Positions 28,537 to 39,352 of a stretch of 64,000 bases of DNA are shown piece after piece. The DNA is taken from positions 2,848,001-2,912,000 of the forward strand of contig OZ240215.1 of the NCBI GenBank assembly GCA_965197585.1. Direction: 5' to 3'. Below the pieces are notes generated by a model that saw only the letters and a program-made list of their open reading frames with translations, did no database searches and was not told the DNA's origin. A program made the position numbers and the translations under genes. Position 1 is the first letter of the stretch. The number at the start of each line of letters is the position of its first letter. This DNA comes from Dehalococcoidia bacterium. Its GTDB lineage: Bacteria; Chloroflexota; Dehalococcoidia; Plut-88900.

Positions 28537-28743
28537 TATATATGCAGGCTCGGGGGTGAGGGAGACGCAAGGATGTTTATCATAGTGGCGCCCTTAATAA
28601 GTTCATCAGGGGTGCAGAGCGAGTGAACATAGTGTCACTCGACAGATTTGTCAGTTTGGCTAACCAGAGCAACCTTTAGGAAATCTCCTCCATGCGGACA
28701 GAATGACGGGTTCGCAGTTGTACCCTGCTGCCCCCTCGATCGG

Positions 28744-28905
28744 TCAACCTCCCACCAATACGGCTATTCCTGCCACAACCAAGATCGGGCCGGTTATGAA
28801 GGCCGCTAGAGGCTGTTTCGTTTGGCCTTTCCAGGCCACCCGAAACAAGTGCACCCCTGCTGCTGCCAAGCCTACGGCTATGGCCAATTGAATTAACAGT
28901 TCCAT
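28744..28905 (-). CDS. Small 2-TM protein (53 aa, below the ORF-track cutoff)
   Basis: MELLIQLAIAVGLAAAGVHLFRVAWKGQTKQPLAAFITGPILVVAGIAVLVGG*; RBS AGGAGGA. Confidence 0.6.
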   Translation of the reverse strand: MELLIQLAIAVGLAAAGVHLFRVAWKGQTKQPLAAFITGPILVVAGIAVLVGG

Positions 28906-29008
28906 TAACTAATCCTCCTGTCTAAATGGTTAAGGGGGTGGGTTCCGGGTCGGGGGGGTGGACTCCCGACTGCTCGGAAATGATTGGGACAAAGGGGTCT
29001 GTGAGTCT

Positions 29009-29293
29009 TCACAACTTGCCTGCAATAGCCAGTAATCGCGTACAAGCTGTGTCAATGGCACCCTCACGTGCAGTCACCTTTCGCCATTTACCTGGACTGT
29101 CGGGGTTGCCAAGCTCGTCGTATTCCACAATGTGGTAACACCGGCCTTGTGCACTCCATTGAATACCTACTCTTCGCTTGGAATTGGGTTCAATGAACAC
29201 AATATCATTGCTGTCCTCATAGGAAATCGTGTTTAGCTTGAAGTCTCTGCCGTAGTAGCTGAATTTATAATCGCCAATTAAAGGCTTTGTCAC
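29009..29293 (-). CDS. Hypothetical protein
   Basis: 94-aa ORF in a low-GC insert with AGGAGA RBS. Confidence 0.55.
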   Translation of the reverse strand: MTKPLIGDYKFSYYGRDFKLNTISYEDSNDIVFIEPNSKRRVGIQWSAQGRCYHIVEYDELGNPDSPGKWRKVTAREGAIDTACTRLLAIAGKL

Positions 29294-29481
29294 AATAATT
29301 CTCCTGCCGACTGGTGAAATCCTTTACACGTTATCATTATCTCACTGATGTTGTGAGTACGCTTACTCGCCGTCACCCGTTCGACGCGTCGACTTTGCTT
29401 GGGGTGAGCGGCCCCTCGGCCCCGGGGAGGGGAATTGGGCTCGTGCTAAGATGTAATTAAACCCCTTTCAGGAGGAGAGCT

Positions 29482-29862
29482 ATGGACCGCAACGAATTGA
29501 AGCAGCGCCTCACTCGAGAGCAGTACCACGTTACCCAGCAGAAGGGCACGGAAAGGCCCTTCAGCGGCGAGCTGTGGAACAACAAGGAGTTGGGGGTGTA
29601 CAGGTGTGTAGTCTGTGACGCCGAGCTGTTCGACTCCAAGACGAAGTTTGAGTCGGGGACCGGGTGGCCGAGCTTCTACGATGCGATGGACAAGTCCAAG
29701 CTGGAGACGGAGACGGACTTCGGCCACGGGATGGTGCGTACGGAGGTGATGTGCAAGGCCTGCGAGGCCCATCTCGGCCACATCTTCCCGGACGGGCCTC
29801 AGCCCACGGGCCTGCGGTACTGCCTGAACTCAGCCTCATTGAAGTTTGAGAAGAAGGAGTAG
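29482..29862 (+). CDS. msrB: Peptide-methionine (R)-S-oxide reductase
   Basis: GTERPFSG, KFESGTGWPSF, HLGHIFPDGP..RYCLNS. Confidence 0.97.
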   Translation: MDRNELKQRLTREQYHVTQQKGTERPFSGELWNNKELGVYRCVVCDAELFDSKTKFESGTGWPSFYDAMDKSKLETETDFGHGMVRTEVMCKACEAHLGHIFPDGPQPTGLRYCLNSASLKFEKKE

Positions 29863-29920
29863 GGCCACGACTCTTGGGGTCAGTGGCTGAGTGCTATAAT
29901 GGCCTCATGGGAGGACAGCG

Positions 29921-30238
29921 ATGACCACTGTGGAAGAGCGGCTCAGTCGGCTGGAGGGCGTTTATGATCACCTATCCTCTAAAGCTGACGTTGCCAAGGT
30001 TGAAACGCAGATTGCCGATTTGCGTACGGAGTTGAAGGGGGACATCGCCGGGCTTCGGACGGAGCTGAAGGGGGACATCGCCGGGTTGCGTACGGAGTTG
30101 AAGGGGGACATCGCCGGGCTTCGGACGGAGATTTACAGGGTCAACGCAAGTTCCGTCAAGTGGCTGGTTAGCTTTATGGCAGCCTTCATGGTCGTGGGCC
30201 TAGGTGGCTTCACGGCTATTTACAGGTTTCTCGGCTGA
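29921..30238 (+). CDS. Coiled-coil protein with C-terminal TM (DUF1640-like), 3x 11-aa repeat
   Basis: LRTELKGDIAG repeats (33-bp units); TGcTATAAT promoter upstream. Confidence 0.75.
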   Translation: MTTVEERLSRLEGVYDHLSSKADVAKVETQIADLRTELKGDIAGLRTELKGDIAGLRTELKGDIAGLRTEIYRVNASSVKWLVSFMAAFMVVGLGGFTAIYRFLG

Positions 30239-30270
30239 CCGCCTTCTCATCCCCCCGGACACCCACAGGC

Positions 30271-30612
30271 ATGGACTGTATCTTCTGCAAAATCGTGGCG
30301 GGGGAGATACCCGCCGAGGTGCTCCACAGGGACGAGCAGGTCATCGTCATCCGGGACATCAATCCCCAGGCTCCGTTACACCTGCTAGTATTACCCACCG
30401 AGCACCTGGAGTCGGTCCGGGAGATCAAGGCTGGGAACGCATCCCTGGCCGGGCACATGACCATCGTGGCCAACGAGATGGCGCGCAAGGAAGGTGTATT
30501 CGAAAAGGGATACCGGCTCGCCATCAACTGCGGCGATGAGGGGGGCCAGACCGTCGGGCACCTGCATATGCACGTTCTCGGGGGCAGGCAGCTTTCGGGG
30601 CAGCTTGGCTAG
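30271..30612 (+). CDS. HIT-family (Hint) nucleotide-binding protein
   Basis: DCIFCKI...GQTVGHLHMHVLGGR. Confidence 0.95.
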   Translation: MDCIFCKIVAGEIPAEVLHRDEQVIVIRDINPQAPLHLLVLPTEHLESVREIKAGNASLAGHMTIVANEMARKEGVFEKGYRLAINCGDEGGQTVGHLHMHVLGGRQLSGQLG

Positions 30613-30618
30613 TTCGAG

Positions 30619-31191
30619 GTGACCGTCGCCGAGTCCACAATCGAGGAGATCAGGCGCGACGTCGGGCAGCTTTCCAGGAGCCTGTTTGAGCACATCCTGA
30701 GGGTCGAGGAGATCGCTGTCGGGCTGGCCGAGGCACACGGCCTCGATGTGGAGAAGGTGCGCACCGCGGCCCTGCTCCACGATCTGGCTCGGGCCAAGCG
30801 CCCCGAGGAGCTGATTTCTTTAGCCGAGGGTTTCGGCATAGAAATCGGCCCGATGGAGGCCCGGATGCCGATATTCCTGCACGGCTCCGTGGCTGCGGCG
30901 TTGGCTCGCGAGCGTTATGGCGTCGACAATGTGGAGATACTGGAGGCGGTGAGGGTACACACAACGGGGTCGGCGGGCATGGGCCCCGTGGCCCGGGCCG
31001 TCTTCCTCGCCGACAAGCTGGACCCTACCAAGGACCGTCGATACCCGTTCAATACACGGGTGAGGGAGTTGGTGGCGCAGGACCTGGACTCGGCCCTGCT
31101 CGCGTTTCTGGACGGGGAGATAACGGGTCGGGTGGCGGGGGGTGGGGTGGTGCATCCGGCGAGCGTGGCGCTGAGGAATGAGGTTTTGTAG
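30619..31191 (+). CDS. yqeK: HD-domain Ap4A hydrolase, YqeK-like
   Basis: HILRV, ALLHDLAR, LHG, VHTTG, FLADKL. Confidence 0.8.
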   Translation: MTVAESTIEEIRRDVGQLSRSLFEHILRVEEIAVGLAEAHGLDVEKVRTAALLHDLARAKRPEELISLAEGFGIEIGPMEARMPIFLHGSVAAALARERYGVDNVEILEAVRVHTTGSAGMGPVARAVFLADKLDPTKDRRYPFNTRVRELVAQDLDSALLAFLDGEITGRVAGGGVVHPASVALRNEVL

Positions 31192-31395
31192 CCTCCGCCC
31201 CCCGCTCATACTTCGAGAGTCTCCCGCCCCGGCGGTTCTACGACAGCATGAGCGGCCCCACCTCTGGATTCCGGCTCGGGGGCCGGAATAGTGAGGGTTG
31301 GGTTGGGGGAATGTTGACAGGAGGTCGGGCTTTCAGATAGCGTTGCGGCGCAGTCTGAGTCCTTTTAAGCTCCGGCGAAGAGCAAGCCAGGAAGA

Positions 31396-31629
31396 ATGAA
31401 GACCTACGTTTTCAACGTCGAAATGGAGCAAGATGAGGATGGCCGCTGGGGCGCGGGGATACCCGCTCTGCCCGGCTGCGCTACCTGGGGCTACACTGCG
31501 GAAGAAGCCCTGGAAGCGTTGCAAGAGGCGGCCCAAGCCTACCTGGAGGATATGGTGGAGGCGGGCGATTTCAGCCCGGACGGAAGGTTGCGCGTAGGCG
31601 ACGCCCCGGCAGTCACAGTCACGCTGTGA
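31396..31629 (+). CDS. HicB-family antitoxin
   Basis: PALPGCATWGYTAEEAL. Confidence 0.9.
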   Translation: MKTYVFNVEMEQDEDGRWGAGIPALPGCATWGYTAEEALEALQEAAQAYLEDMVEAGDFSPDGRLRVGDAPAVTVTL

Positions 31630-31890
31630 CTGACCCGGCCCGGGTGTCGTTCCTGCTCAGGAACACACCTGTACGCGAGATAATCGCGGCACTGGAGAGA
31701 GACGGCTTCGACCTTCGGAGGTCCACGAGGACGGGATCCCGCATCTACCGGCATTCCGATGGCCGCAGAGCGGTCATACACTACCACCGGGGAGGGGATA
31801 CGCTGGTAAGGGAAAACTCTGCGAGAAATCCTGAGAGGGGTCCAATGGACTGAGGCGGACCTGAGGCGGCTGGGGCTAATCAGGAATTGA
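31626..31890 (+). pseudogene. HicA-family toxin with a +1 frameshift near 31812
   Basis: REIIAALERDGF..GSRIYRHSDGRRAVIHYH; expected tail TLREILRGVQWTEADLRRLGLIRN* lies in the +1 frame after agggaaaac. Confidence 0.75.
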
Positions 31891-31894
31891 GCCG

Positions 31895-31951
31895 AGCGGG
31901 GGTGGGGTGGTGCATCCAGCGTCGGTGGTGCTAAGGAATGAGTTGCTATAA
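31895..31951 (+). pseudogene. Displaced duplicate of the yqeK 3' end
   Basis: SGGGVVHPASVVLRNELL* versus AGGGVVHPASVALRNEVL*; both followed by a family-C REP. Confidence 0.85.
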
Positions 31952-32104
31952 CCTGCCCCGCTCATTCTTCGACGGGGCTCAGTATGAGCGTCCCCGGGGA
32001 CGGATTCCGGAGGAGGTCGGGGCTGATGGCACGGTTGTATGTGAGCGAAATAGGGGAATCGGGGTAAGGTTGACCGGTGTAGAGGGTGGGGGTAGGGTGG
32101 GCGG

Positions 32105-33784
32105 ATGAAAATCGTGTCAGTGGCGGCTATGACGCTGCTAGTTGCACTTGTTGGGTGCTCCTCCCCTGTGGAAGTCTCCCCTCCCACCCCTAACACGGTC
32201 AGGGCCGCGGAGACGGCGATGGCAGAGGCGCAGCCTACTGCAACGCCCACCGCACCGATTGATGTCAACGCTACGATAGAGGCAGGGGTGGCGGCGACAA
32301 TGGTTGCCGTTCCGCTTACGCCAATTCCCGCACCCACGCCGGTTCCAACGCCAGCGCCAACAAGCACACCTGATCCTACAGCTGTGCCTTCTCCGACACC
32401 CATACCTACACCTGTGCCTACGCCCACTCCCATACCTACTCCAATCCCTACACCGACTCCGACCCCTATACCAACGCCCGTCGTGCCCCCTACCCCAGCC
32501 GACTTAGTTAGACGGGTTGAGGATGGTGTAGTCAGGGTGACTGCCGGGCGCAAAGGGGGGTCAGGATTCATCTTTGATACCGAAGGAAATACTGCCTTTG
32601 TGGTCACCGCCCATCATGTTATAGAAGATGAAGATGCAATAGACGTGCTGGTAGAGAACTCCCGTACGTACAAGGCCACCCTTTTGGGCTACGATTCGGA
32701 CGAAGACGTAGCCGTAATGTCGATATGCTGCAGTTCCACTTTCCAAGTCCTTTCATGGGACTCCGGGGCTTCCGCCGAGATGGGTGATCAGGTGGTGGCA
32801 GTTGGATATCCCCGCGGCTCCTCAACTATGGTCACGGCCACTATCGGCCAAATGAAGAACGATTGGGTCGCTGACGTAGTTGCAAACATTGCCCACAATG
32901 CTCCCCTAAATCCGGGAAACAGCGGCGGGCCTCTTTTCTCGACAAAGGGAGAGGTGTTAGGTATCAACACTGCCTCATCAACAAGGACGGAAGGGCTATT
33001 CTACGCGGTCCCATACATAGCCATTGCACACAAAGTCGCCGATTGGAAGTCCCGCTTAGTAGTCACAGGAGAACCTTGGCCAACCCCAACGCCCACACCG
33101 GTACCCACACTCACACCTGTCCCCACCCCTATCCCCGTCTGTCCGTCAGGACCCAGCGAACGTAATAAAACGACATTCTATAGTCTTACGGGAAATTCAA
33201 TGGCTGCACAAATGGCTTGGGATACTGGTGTTTTTATTGCTACTCAGTTGGGCATAAAAGAGAACATATGCGAATATGTTGATGCCATTAATTCGGCGCA
33301 GCTTTTGGCGCTCAAGCAGGCAAGACTATTTAACATCAATGACTTATATACATTCGCTAACATGCTCTCACCACAATTCCATACATCTGAAAATCTGGAT
33401 CACCTACTCTGGCCGTTTAGCAACTCATTACCCACGTACCTTGGCGGCAATCGCCCTAAAGCAGAAGCTTTTCTATACTCAGAGGGAGGGACGAAATCAA
33501 GGGGGTGGATCAGGCTTACACTAGATCATAAGGTGGTGAGTCATCTATCAATATTCAGGATGCGGAAATTTAGCAGTAGAGCAGACTACGCTAGTCGAAT
33601 TGGCCCATCCTTAGATTACATCGTAGCGGGGTACACAACCAGCGCGGAGAGCGTGCCTTATGGTATTCCTGAAGATATTGTAGGCATTGTACTAAATGAG
33701 GAAGAGTCAGTCCTATACATACATGAAGATAATTGGAATGAGGGCAATGTGTTAGAAATAGGCTATGACGCTCTCCTTGATTAA
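32105..33784 (+). CDS. Lipoprotein with trypsin-like (S1C) serine protease domain, PT linkers and an AT-rich unknown C-terminal domain
   Basis: Lipobox LVGC; [21 protein letters not shown]. Confidence 0.88.
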   Translation: MKIVSVAAMTLLVALVGCSSPVEVSPPTPNTVRAAETAMAEAQPTATPTAPIDVNATIEAGVAATMVAVPLTPIPAPTPVPTPAPTSTPDPTAVPSPTPIPTPVPTPTPIPTPIPTPTPTPIPTPVVPPTPADLVRRVEDGVVRVTAGRKGGSGFIFDTEGNTAFVVTAHHVIEDEDAIDVLVENSRTYKATLLGYDSDEDVAVMSICCSSTFQVLSWDSGASAEMGDQVVAVGYPRGSSTMVTATIGQMKNDWVADVVANIAHNAPLNPGNSGGPLFSTKGEVLGINTASSTRTEGLFYAVPYIAIAHKVADWKSRLVVTGEPWPTPTPTPVPTLTPVPTPIPVCPSGPSERNKTTFYSLTGNSMAAQMAWDTGVFIATQLGIKENICEYVDAINSAQLLALKQARLFNINDLYTFANMLSPQFHTSENLDHLLWPFSNSLPTYLGGNRPKAEAFLYSEGGTKSRGWIRLTLDHKVVSHLSIFRMRKFSSRADYASRIGPSLDYIVAGYTTSAESVPYGIPEDIVGIVLNEEESVLYIHEDNWNEGNVLEIGYDALLD

Positions 33785-33851
33785 GTCCCTTTATTTTTAA
33801 TTGCTTTATGCCTGACAGATTTTCGGGGGAGAACCCCACCTTGTTTCAATT

Positions 33852-33886
33852 GAGACATCAAAAATGCGTTGCATTTTTGATGTCTC
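33852..33886. repeat. Perfect 16-bp inverted repeat
   Basis: gagacatcaaaaatgc-gtt-gcatttttgatgtctc. Confidence 0.9.
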
Positions 33887-34216
33887 TTTACCAAGTGGAG
33901 AGGGCATAAATTTTCTCCGCACCCAAAAAGAATCCTCTGTCGCTAGAAAGTGATGGATAAAAAAATTTTGGAGGGAGCGAATTTTACCGAACTTTTTGCT
34001 CGCGCAAAGAACTTTTCGCAAAGGCGACAAATTCTGGGCAATAACTGAACTGTGCAAAACTTTTTTTACACGAATTTGACACCCTGCCGATACATGATAG
34101 CCTCGAATGGATAGCCCAGTATGAAGAGGCTTGACATGCCCTTCTGCAGAGAATCCAAAGCCGTGAACCGATGAAGGCTGACCGCAGAGAAAGATGCAAC
34201 GGAACAGGAAAAACAC

Positions 34217-34669
34217 ATGGTTAGGGGAACACCATCGCAACATAGTTGGGAGGAAGAGTATCAAGGAATCATCCTGCACTTGGAAACCGTGCGTCAAAAG
34301 GAAGCTTGGGAATCCCTATCAGCTAGGAAAATGAAGGGAGTTCTCTATGATGCCCAGTGTGCTGTCGAAGAGTCTGAGAAATCAGGCAAGAAGATGGTGA
34401 TCTGTGGTGGCTGTGGTAGAGTGCTTGAACCAGAGTACATGGAGTTGGATCACATAACCCCAAAAGCACAGCGTGGCAAGCACGACATTACCAACCGGAT
34501 TCTGCTTTGTCGGCCATGCAATCTACGCAAAGGCACACACCTTACTCTGATAGGATTACTTAAAGAGAACAAGACGCGGAGATGGTTGCAGGACGAGAAG
34601 CTAGCTAAACTTGCACAAGACAGGGCTTGGGCCATAGCCGACATAGTGCGAGATATAAACTTCCACTAA
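34217..34669 (+). CDS. HNH endonuclease
   Basis: CGGCG...ELDHITPK...N RILLCRPCNLRKG. Confidence 0.85.
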   Translation: MVRGTPSQHSWEEEYQGIILHLETVRQKEAWESLSARKMKGVLYDAQCAVEESEKSGKKMVICGGCGRVLEPEYMELDHITPKAQRGKHDITNRILLCRPCNLRKGTHLTLIGLLKENKTRRWLQDEKLAKLAQDRAWAIADIVRDINFH

Positions 34670-34778
34670 ACTGTAAGTGTTATTAACAATTTAGCCTACT
34701 CAATGCCCCTAATTCGGTGCGGGAGACGGAGGGACCCCGCCCCAGATTCCTCGCGGGGCCTCGGAATAACAGTAAAGT

Positions 34779-34811
34779 AATCGGGCGGCTGGATTGTCCA
34801 GCCGCCCGATT
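34779..34811. terminator. Hairpin between convergent genes, probable terminator
   Basis: aatcgggcggctgga-ttg-tccagccgcccgatt. Confidence 0.55.
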
Positions 34812-34886
34812 GTTCTTACCTTGGAAGGGGAGATTTCACCCTCACCCTAGCCCTCTCCCGTCAAGGGAGAGGGGACGGGAAAGAGT

Positions 34887-36020
34887 CTACAGGCCTATGG
34901 CGTCTGCGACTTTTTCTTTGTGGTAGTCGGCGTCTCCGAAGAAGAGCTCGGCCTGCTTGGCCCTTCGGAAGAAGAGCTGCATGTCGTGCTCCTTGGTGAA
35001 GCCGATGCCACCGTGTACCTGGTGTCCCAGCGCTGCAACCCGGCGGCAAGCTTCGCTTACCCAGGCCTTGGCCATCGAGACCTCGCGGTCGCACTCCAGG
35101 CCCTCGCTCATGCGCCAGGCGGCCTGGTAGGTGATGAACCGAGACCCGTCAACGTCGGTGGCCATGTTGGCGCAGTGGTGCTGGACGGCTTGGAAGCTCC
35201 CGATGGGCCGACCAAACTGCACCCTGTTCTTGGCGTAGTCGACGGCTATCTCCAGCACCTGCTGGGAGTTGCCGACCATCTCGGCGCACTTGCCGACGGC
35301 GCCCCTGCGGAGGGCTTGCTCGACTATCGGCCAGCCCTCGTCGACGTCGCCCAAGACGTTGGTCCTCGGCACCCGGACGTCATTGAGCTCGACCTCGCAC
35401 TGCTTGTCGGAGGCGATGGTCTTGAGGACTTCGTAATTGATTCCCGCGCTCTTGGCGTCGACGATGAACGCCGTTATACCCTCGTTCGGGTCGTCGGACT
35501 CCTTGGTGCGGGCAGTGACGATGAGATAGTCGGAGACGTGGGCGTCGGGCACGAAAAGCTTGACGCCGTTGAGGATGAAGTCGTCTCCGTCTGCAACGCC
35601 GGTGACCGAGACGCCGCCCGCGTCCCAGCGGCCGCTGGGCTCGGTGTGGGCCAGTGTCATGATGGCCTGTCCCTCGGAGATCTTGGTCAGGTACTCCTGC
35701 TTCTGCTCCTCGGTTCCGGCCTCGTTAATTGCCATGCCAGCCACGACTACAGTGTAGAAGTAGGGGCCCGGGACCAGGGCCCGGCCAAACTCTTCCACGA
35801 GCACCATCAGGTCCAGGAACTCGAACCCTGCGCCGCCGTACTTTTCGGGGAAGGGCAGGCCCATGAATCCCTGTTCGACGAGCTTCTGCCACAGCTCCGG
35901 CGAGTAGCCTTTTTCATCTTCTTCCATGTCCCGCACCAGGGTCTTGGGACACTCCGCTTCGAGCATCTCCCGTGCGGTCCGCTTGAGCATTTCCTGTTCT
36001 TCGCTAAGGCCCAGGTCCAT
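34887..36020 (-). CDS. Acyl-CoA dehydrogenase, FadE27/FadE28-like partner subunit
   Basis: RVQFGRPIGSFQAVQH, HQVHGGIGFTKEHDMQLFFRRAK; lacks the GGTSEIQ tail. Confidence 0.9.
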   Translation of the reverse strand: MDLGLSEEQEMLKRTAREMLEAECPKTLVRDMEEDEKGYSPELWQKLVEQGFMGLPFPEKYGGAGFEFLDLMVLVEEFGRALVPGPYFYTVVVAGMAINEAGTEEQKQEYLTKISEGQAIMTLAHTEPSGRWDAGGVSVTGVADGDDFILNGVKLFVPDAHVSDYLIVTARTKESDDPNEGITAFIVDAKSAGINYEVLKTIASDKQCEVELNDVRVPRTNVLGDVDEGWPIVEQALRRGAVGKCAEMVGNSQQVLEIAVDYAKNRVQFGRPIGSFQAVQHHCANMATDVDGSRFITYQAAWRMSEGLECDREVSMAKAWVSEACRRVAALGHQVHGGIGFTKEHDMQLFFRRAKQAELFFGDADYHKEKVADAIGL

Positions 36021-36128
36021 CTTGCTTCCTCCTTGCCGGTTATGGACGTATGTGTTTCCGTTTCACCCTCACCCTAGCCCTCTCCCTTGACGGGAGAGGG
36101 GATAACGGGTGGTTATTTGCCTATTCGA

Positions 36129-36533
36129 TTATTTTGTGGGGCTCACGATTTCGGGTCGAGTCAGGATGTCCAACAGGATCTTAACTTGGCCGACCTCGTA
36201 CTTGATTGCGCTCAGGGGAGTTGCGTCTATGTAGTAGTTCCTGTGGAGGCCGTTGGCGAGGGCAAATAGAATGCGCACCTTCTCAGGGTCTTCTGTCTCT
36301 TTGGCGAGTCTTTCCACAATGCCGTAGACCTGCACGTGCTTGTCGTACTCCCATCTCCTACGGTCGGCGATGGCCTTGATTTGATGGGCTACGGCGCCCC
36401 AAGCCTTTTCGGAGGCCTGCAGCCTGTCTCCCTTGGCCAACTCCTCTTCGGCGTGTTCCATTAACCGTCGGCTGTGGGTGGTGTACGGCTCTATGGGAAC
36501 GGCGCCCGGGGACGTGGTCTGCTGTGTAGTCAT
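36129..36533 (-). CDS. PaREP1-like (HEPN-fold) protein
   Basis: GDRLQASEKAWGA...LHRNYY. Confidence 0.8.
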   Translation of the reverse strand: MTTQQTTSPGAVPIEPYTTHSRRLMEHAEEELAKGDRLQASEKAWGAVAHQIKAIADRRRWEYDKHVQVYGIVERLAKETEDPEKVRILFALANGLHRNYYIDATPLSAIKYEVGQVKILLDILTRPEIVSPTK

Positions 36534-36613
36534 GATTAGTTTATCTCGGTAGTTGAGTGTGGGTCCTATATTCTACTTTATGATTCCCGCGAAGACGGGA
36601 ATCATGGGCGGGC

Positions 36614-37000
36614 TTATTTTTGAGCGAGGGACTCGGCGTCCCGGATGAAGTCGGCGGTCTCGTGGATGAGGCGTTCGGTCTCGTCAGTGGGATCGCACAG
36701 CCCCGTGTAGAAGCATTCGCCATGCAGGAGCGCCTGCCTAGTGAAGTAACGGTCATGCAATGACCGAGTCTGCGGGTCAGCGGCCGCCAGCCGACGCAAG
36801 CCCCTGCTTGTATCCGGTGACCTTGGGGGAAGCTTGCCGGTGCGCGTAAGGATAAGGGCCTCGGCGGCGCGGAGAGTGGCACACCAGGCTTTTTCGGCAG
36901 CGTCCCGGATGTCATCGTCGGCCATGCGGGCCAGTGCCGCGCTGTGCATGCGCCGGGCATCGTCGAATATGATGTGAGGGCTAGCCTCGGTGGTGGTCAT
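36614..37000 (-). CDS. PaREP1-like (HEPN-fold) protein
   Basis: DIRDAAEKAWCA...LHGECFY. Confidence 0.75.
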   Translation of the reverse strand: MTTTEASPHIIFDDARRMHSAALARMADDDIRDAAEKAWCATLRAAEALILTRTGKLPPRSPDTSRGLRRLAAADPQTRSLHDRYFTRQALLHGECFYTGLCDPTDETERLIHETADFIRDAESLAQK

Positions 37001-37353
37001 GGGTCGGATTATAGCACGGGGGGATTCACACTACGACGAGGGCGGGCCCACCATAGGCGGATGTGCCACAGCGACAGCATGGGTGGTGGGTGGGGATGGA
37101 TAACGGCGGAGGCAGGAATGCGGCGACACCGCAGAAAGGTTAACTTAACGCATCTGAGGCTTCGTGAGTGAATCAAACCAAACTTGGGTTTGGAGAGGAT
37201 TGCATTGAGCCGACGTAGATTGCCAAATCCAAGTCTTGTTCTAAATTGCGGTTTCAGGAATAGTTCTCCCATACTTGTGGGATGTCCCGGTGGTTTGACT
37301 AGACTTAAACAATATGCGAGCCTTACCGTGGCATCGACATAGGAGATGAATGT

Positions 37354-38535
37354 ATGACCATGAGGAATTCGAATACTCTGAGATTGCCCGATAGCATCAA
37401 AACCACCAAGGCGCGAGCGGTAATTCTCCTTGTTGGATTGTTCACCCTATGTTGGATAGTCATTGGACTGATATCACTCCGGTTTGAACTAACAGCGGAC
37501 TGGGCGGCCCTGCTCTACACGCAATTGATTATCTTAGGAGTTGTTTTCACCTTCTTAGCTAATGCGCATGTCATGAAATCGGGCGGTTTCAACAGAGGTC
37601 GGCCTGGGACAGTATGGCAAGTCACCTCATATAGTCCTGTTTTGTGGGCAGGGATTGCCATCGTCGGTTTGTTGATGGTCATATGGCCCGTGTGGGTATC
37701 CTTCGCTAGCGCAGAGCCTAAGGTACTACTAAAAGTCATGTTTTCCCTGATCACCATCGGCATAGGCGGCACCTACGCCGGGTTCGTGTCTTTAGCGAAT
37801 GCAAAAGGGCCACATCAAAGGTACCAGCGGTATATCTCGTGGTTGACGTATGCATTGATTGTCCTCGTAGCAGTGGAGGTGCTAGACACCCTATGGATAC
37901 AGGCAGGAACACTCTCGGGTGAGGATATTGGTGAGAGGTTTGGCTGGATCGGGTCGGCAGTAGTACCGACGGTAGTCATTTATGGAATAGTTGGATACGC
38001 TATGGCACGGGGAGTAAAGACCGAAAGATCCCGCACCATCGCACTTATCTGGTATTTTCTTGCCGGAGTTGCCGGATTCACTCTGGCAACTTGGTCGCTA
38101 TGGGATACTCTCGGAGCAAGTGCATTTCGCCTGGTCCTGGGCGCAACTGTCCTTCTTGTTATCTGCAGCGTCGGCCTATCATTACTAAATTATTACAACT
38201 CCAGAAAACCAGAGCAGGCGTTGGGAGTCCCCGCCAGCCCTTCCCCAAATGAGGAGCCCCTGGCTCTATATCGCAAGCGTCCAACGCCAGTTGTCGCCGC
38301 CAGCCCCTCCCCAAATGAGGAGCCTCCGACTCGCGAGCCCAATCTGGACGACCCTTACAGCCCGGAAAATCCTTACAGTCCGCATCACCACCAGAGCGGC
38401 GAATCCGGACAGGTCGGAACACAAGAACGAACAGCCACTTCTGAAGCGGTGAATTGTCCGCGTTGTAATGCCTTGGTTTCTCCTACGGCAAACTTCTGCC
38501 GCTCCTGTGGCACTAGAATTGCTGAAAAGGAATAA
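37354..38535 (+). CDS. Membrane protein with C-terminal zinc ribbon
   Basis: About 8 TM segments; CPRCN...FCRSCG. Confidence 0.75.
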   Translation: MTMRNSNTLRLPDSIKTTKARAVILLVGLFTLCWIVIGLISLRFELTADWAALLYTQLIILGVVFTFLANAHVMKSGGFNRGRPGTVWQVTSYSPVLWAGIAIVGLLMVIWPVWVSFASAEPKVLLKVMFSLITIGIGGTYAGFVSLANAKGPHQRYQRYISWLTYALIVLVAVEVLDTLWIQAGTLSGEDIGERFGWIGSAVVPTVVIYGIVGYAMARGVKTERSRTIALIWYFLAGVAGFTLATWSLWDTLGASAFRLVLGATVLLVICSVGLSLLNYYNSRKPEQALGVPASPSPNEEPLALYRKRPTPVVAASPSPNEEPPTREPNLDDPYSPENPYSPHHHQSGESGQVGTQERTATSEAVNCPRCNALVSPTANFCRSCGTRIAEKE

Positions 38536-38737
38536 GGCGCGTTTCCTCTGCTGGAGCGACGGCAGGACAGGCAAGGGGTGGCCGTTCCATGACCGGTGTT
38601 ACCTGGCCGTTGCGAGTAAGCAATATGCAACGTAACCGGCAAGAGCACCAGGTGACGAGTTCCAGTCAGCACACCAAGTATAACGGTGCGACTACCAACG
38701 CCCCGAATATGCCGATTCAGGCGATTAGTGAGGACAC

Positions 38738-39352
38738 ATGAATTTTACGGAATCAATTAAGGTGTGTTTCTCAAAATACGCTGTCTTCAGCGGGAGGGCA
38801 CAGCGTTCGGAATTCTGGTGGTTCTTCCTCTTCTCAGCTGTTTCATCGGCCATCGCTGGCATTGTTCCCGTTATCGGTCAGATTTATCCGCTGGTCTTGC
38901 TCATCCCGTCTCTGTCAGTGTCGGCGCGACGGCTACATGACACTGGCCGTTCTGCCTGGTGGCTCCTGCTATACTTCGGCTCCATCCTGGCGATTGGAAT
39001 AGCAATTGCAGCATTCGCCGTAGCAGCGGTCTTTTCGTTCGACACGGGCAATGATGGAGCGGCCTCGAGCATTGCCTTGATAGGAATAGTCAGTTTATTC
39101 ATTGCCCTGGGATGCTCAATAGCGCCGCTAATCTTCTATATTCTTCCGGGAACCGTCGGACCCAACCGGTACGGACCAGATCCACTGCATCCGGAGCCAG
39201 GGGTATGGAGCGCCGGCGAAGCTGCCCGCTACTCGGCACCATTAGATCCGATGTCGAAACCAGCACCCGAGGGAACGTTGTTCTGCTCCCAATGTGGGGT
39301 CCTCCTGCCAGGAGACTCGGGTTTCTGCCCAAGCTGCGGCACGGCGGTTTGA
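38738..39352 (+). CDS. DUF805-domain membrane protein with zinc ribbon
   Basis: FSGRAQRSEFWWF, RRLHDTGRSAWW, GPNRYGPDP; FCSQCG..FCPSCG. Confidence 0.9.
   Translation: MNFTESIKVCFSKYAVFSGRAQRSEFWWFFLFSAVSSAIAGIVPVIGQIYPLVLLIPSLSVSARRLHDTGRSAWWLLLYFGSILAIGIAIAAFAVAAVFSFDTGNDGAASSIALIGIVSLFIALGCSIAPLIFYILPGTVGPNRYGPDPLHPEPGVWSAGEAARYSAPLDPMSKPAPEGTLFCSQCGVLLPGDSGFCPSCGTAV

Noticed and set aside
29990-30130. 33-bp tandem repeats as a mini-CRISPR
   Set aside because: In-frame coding repeats (LRTELKGDIAG) without spacers.
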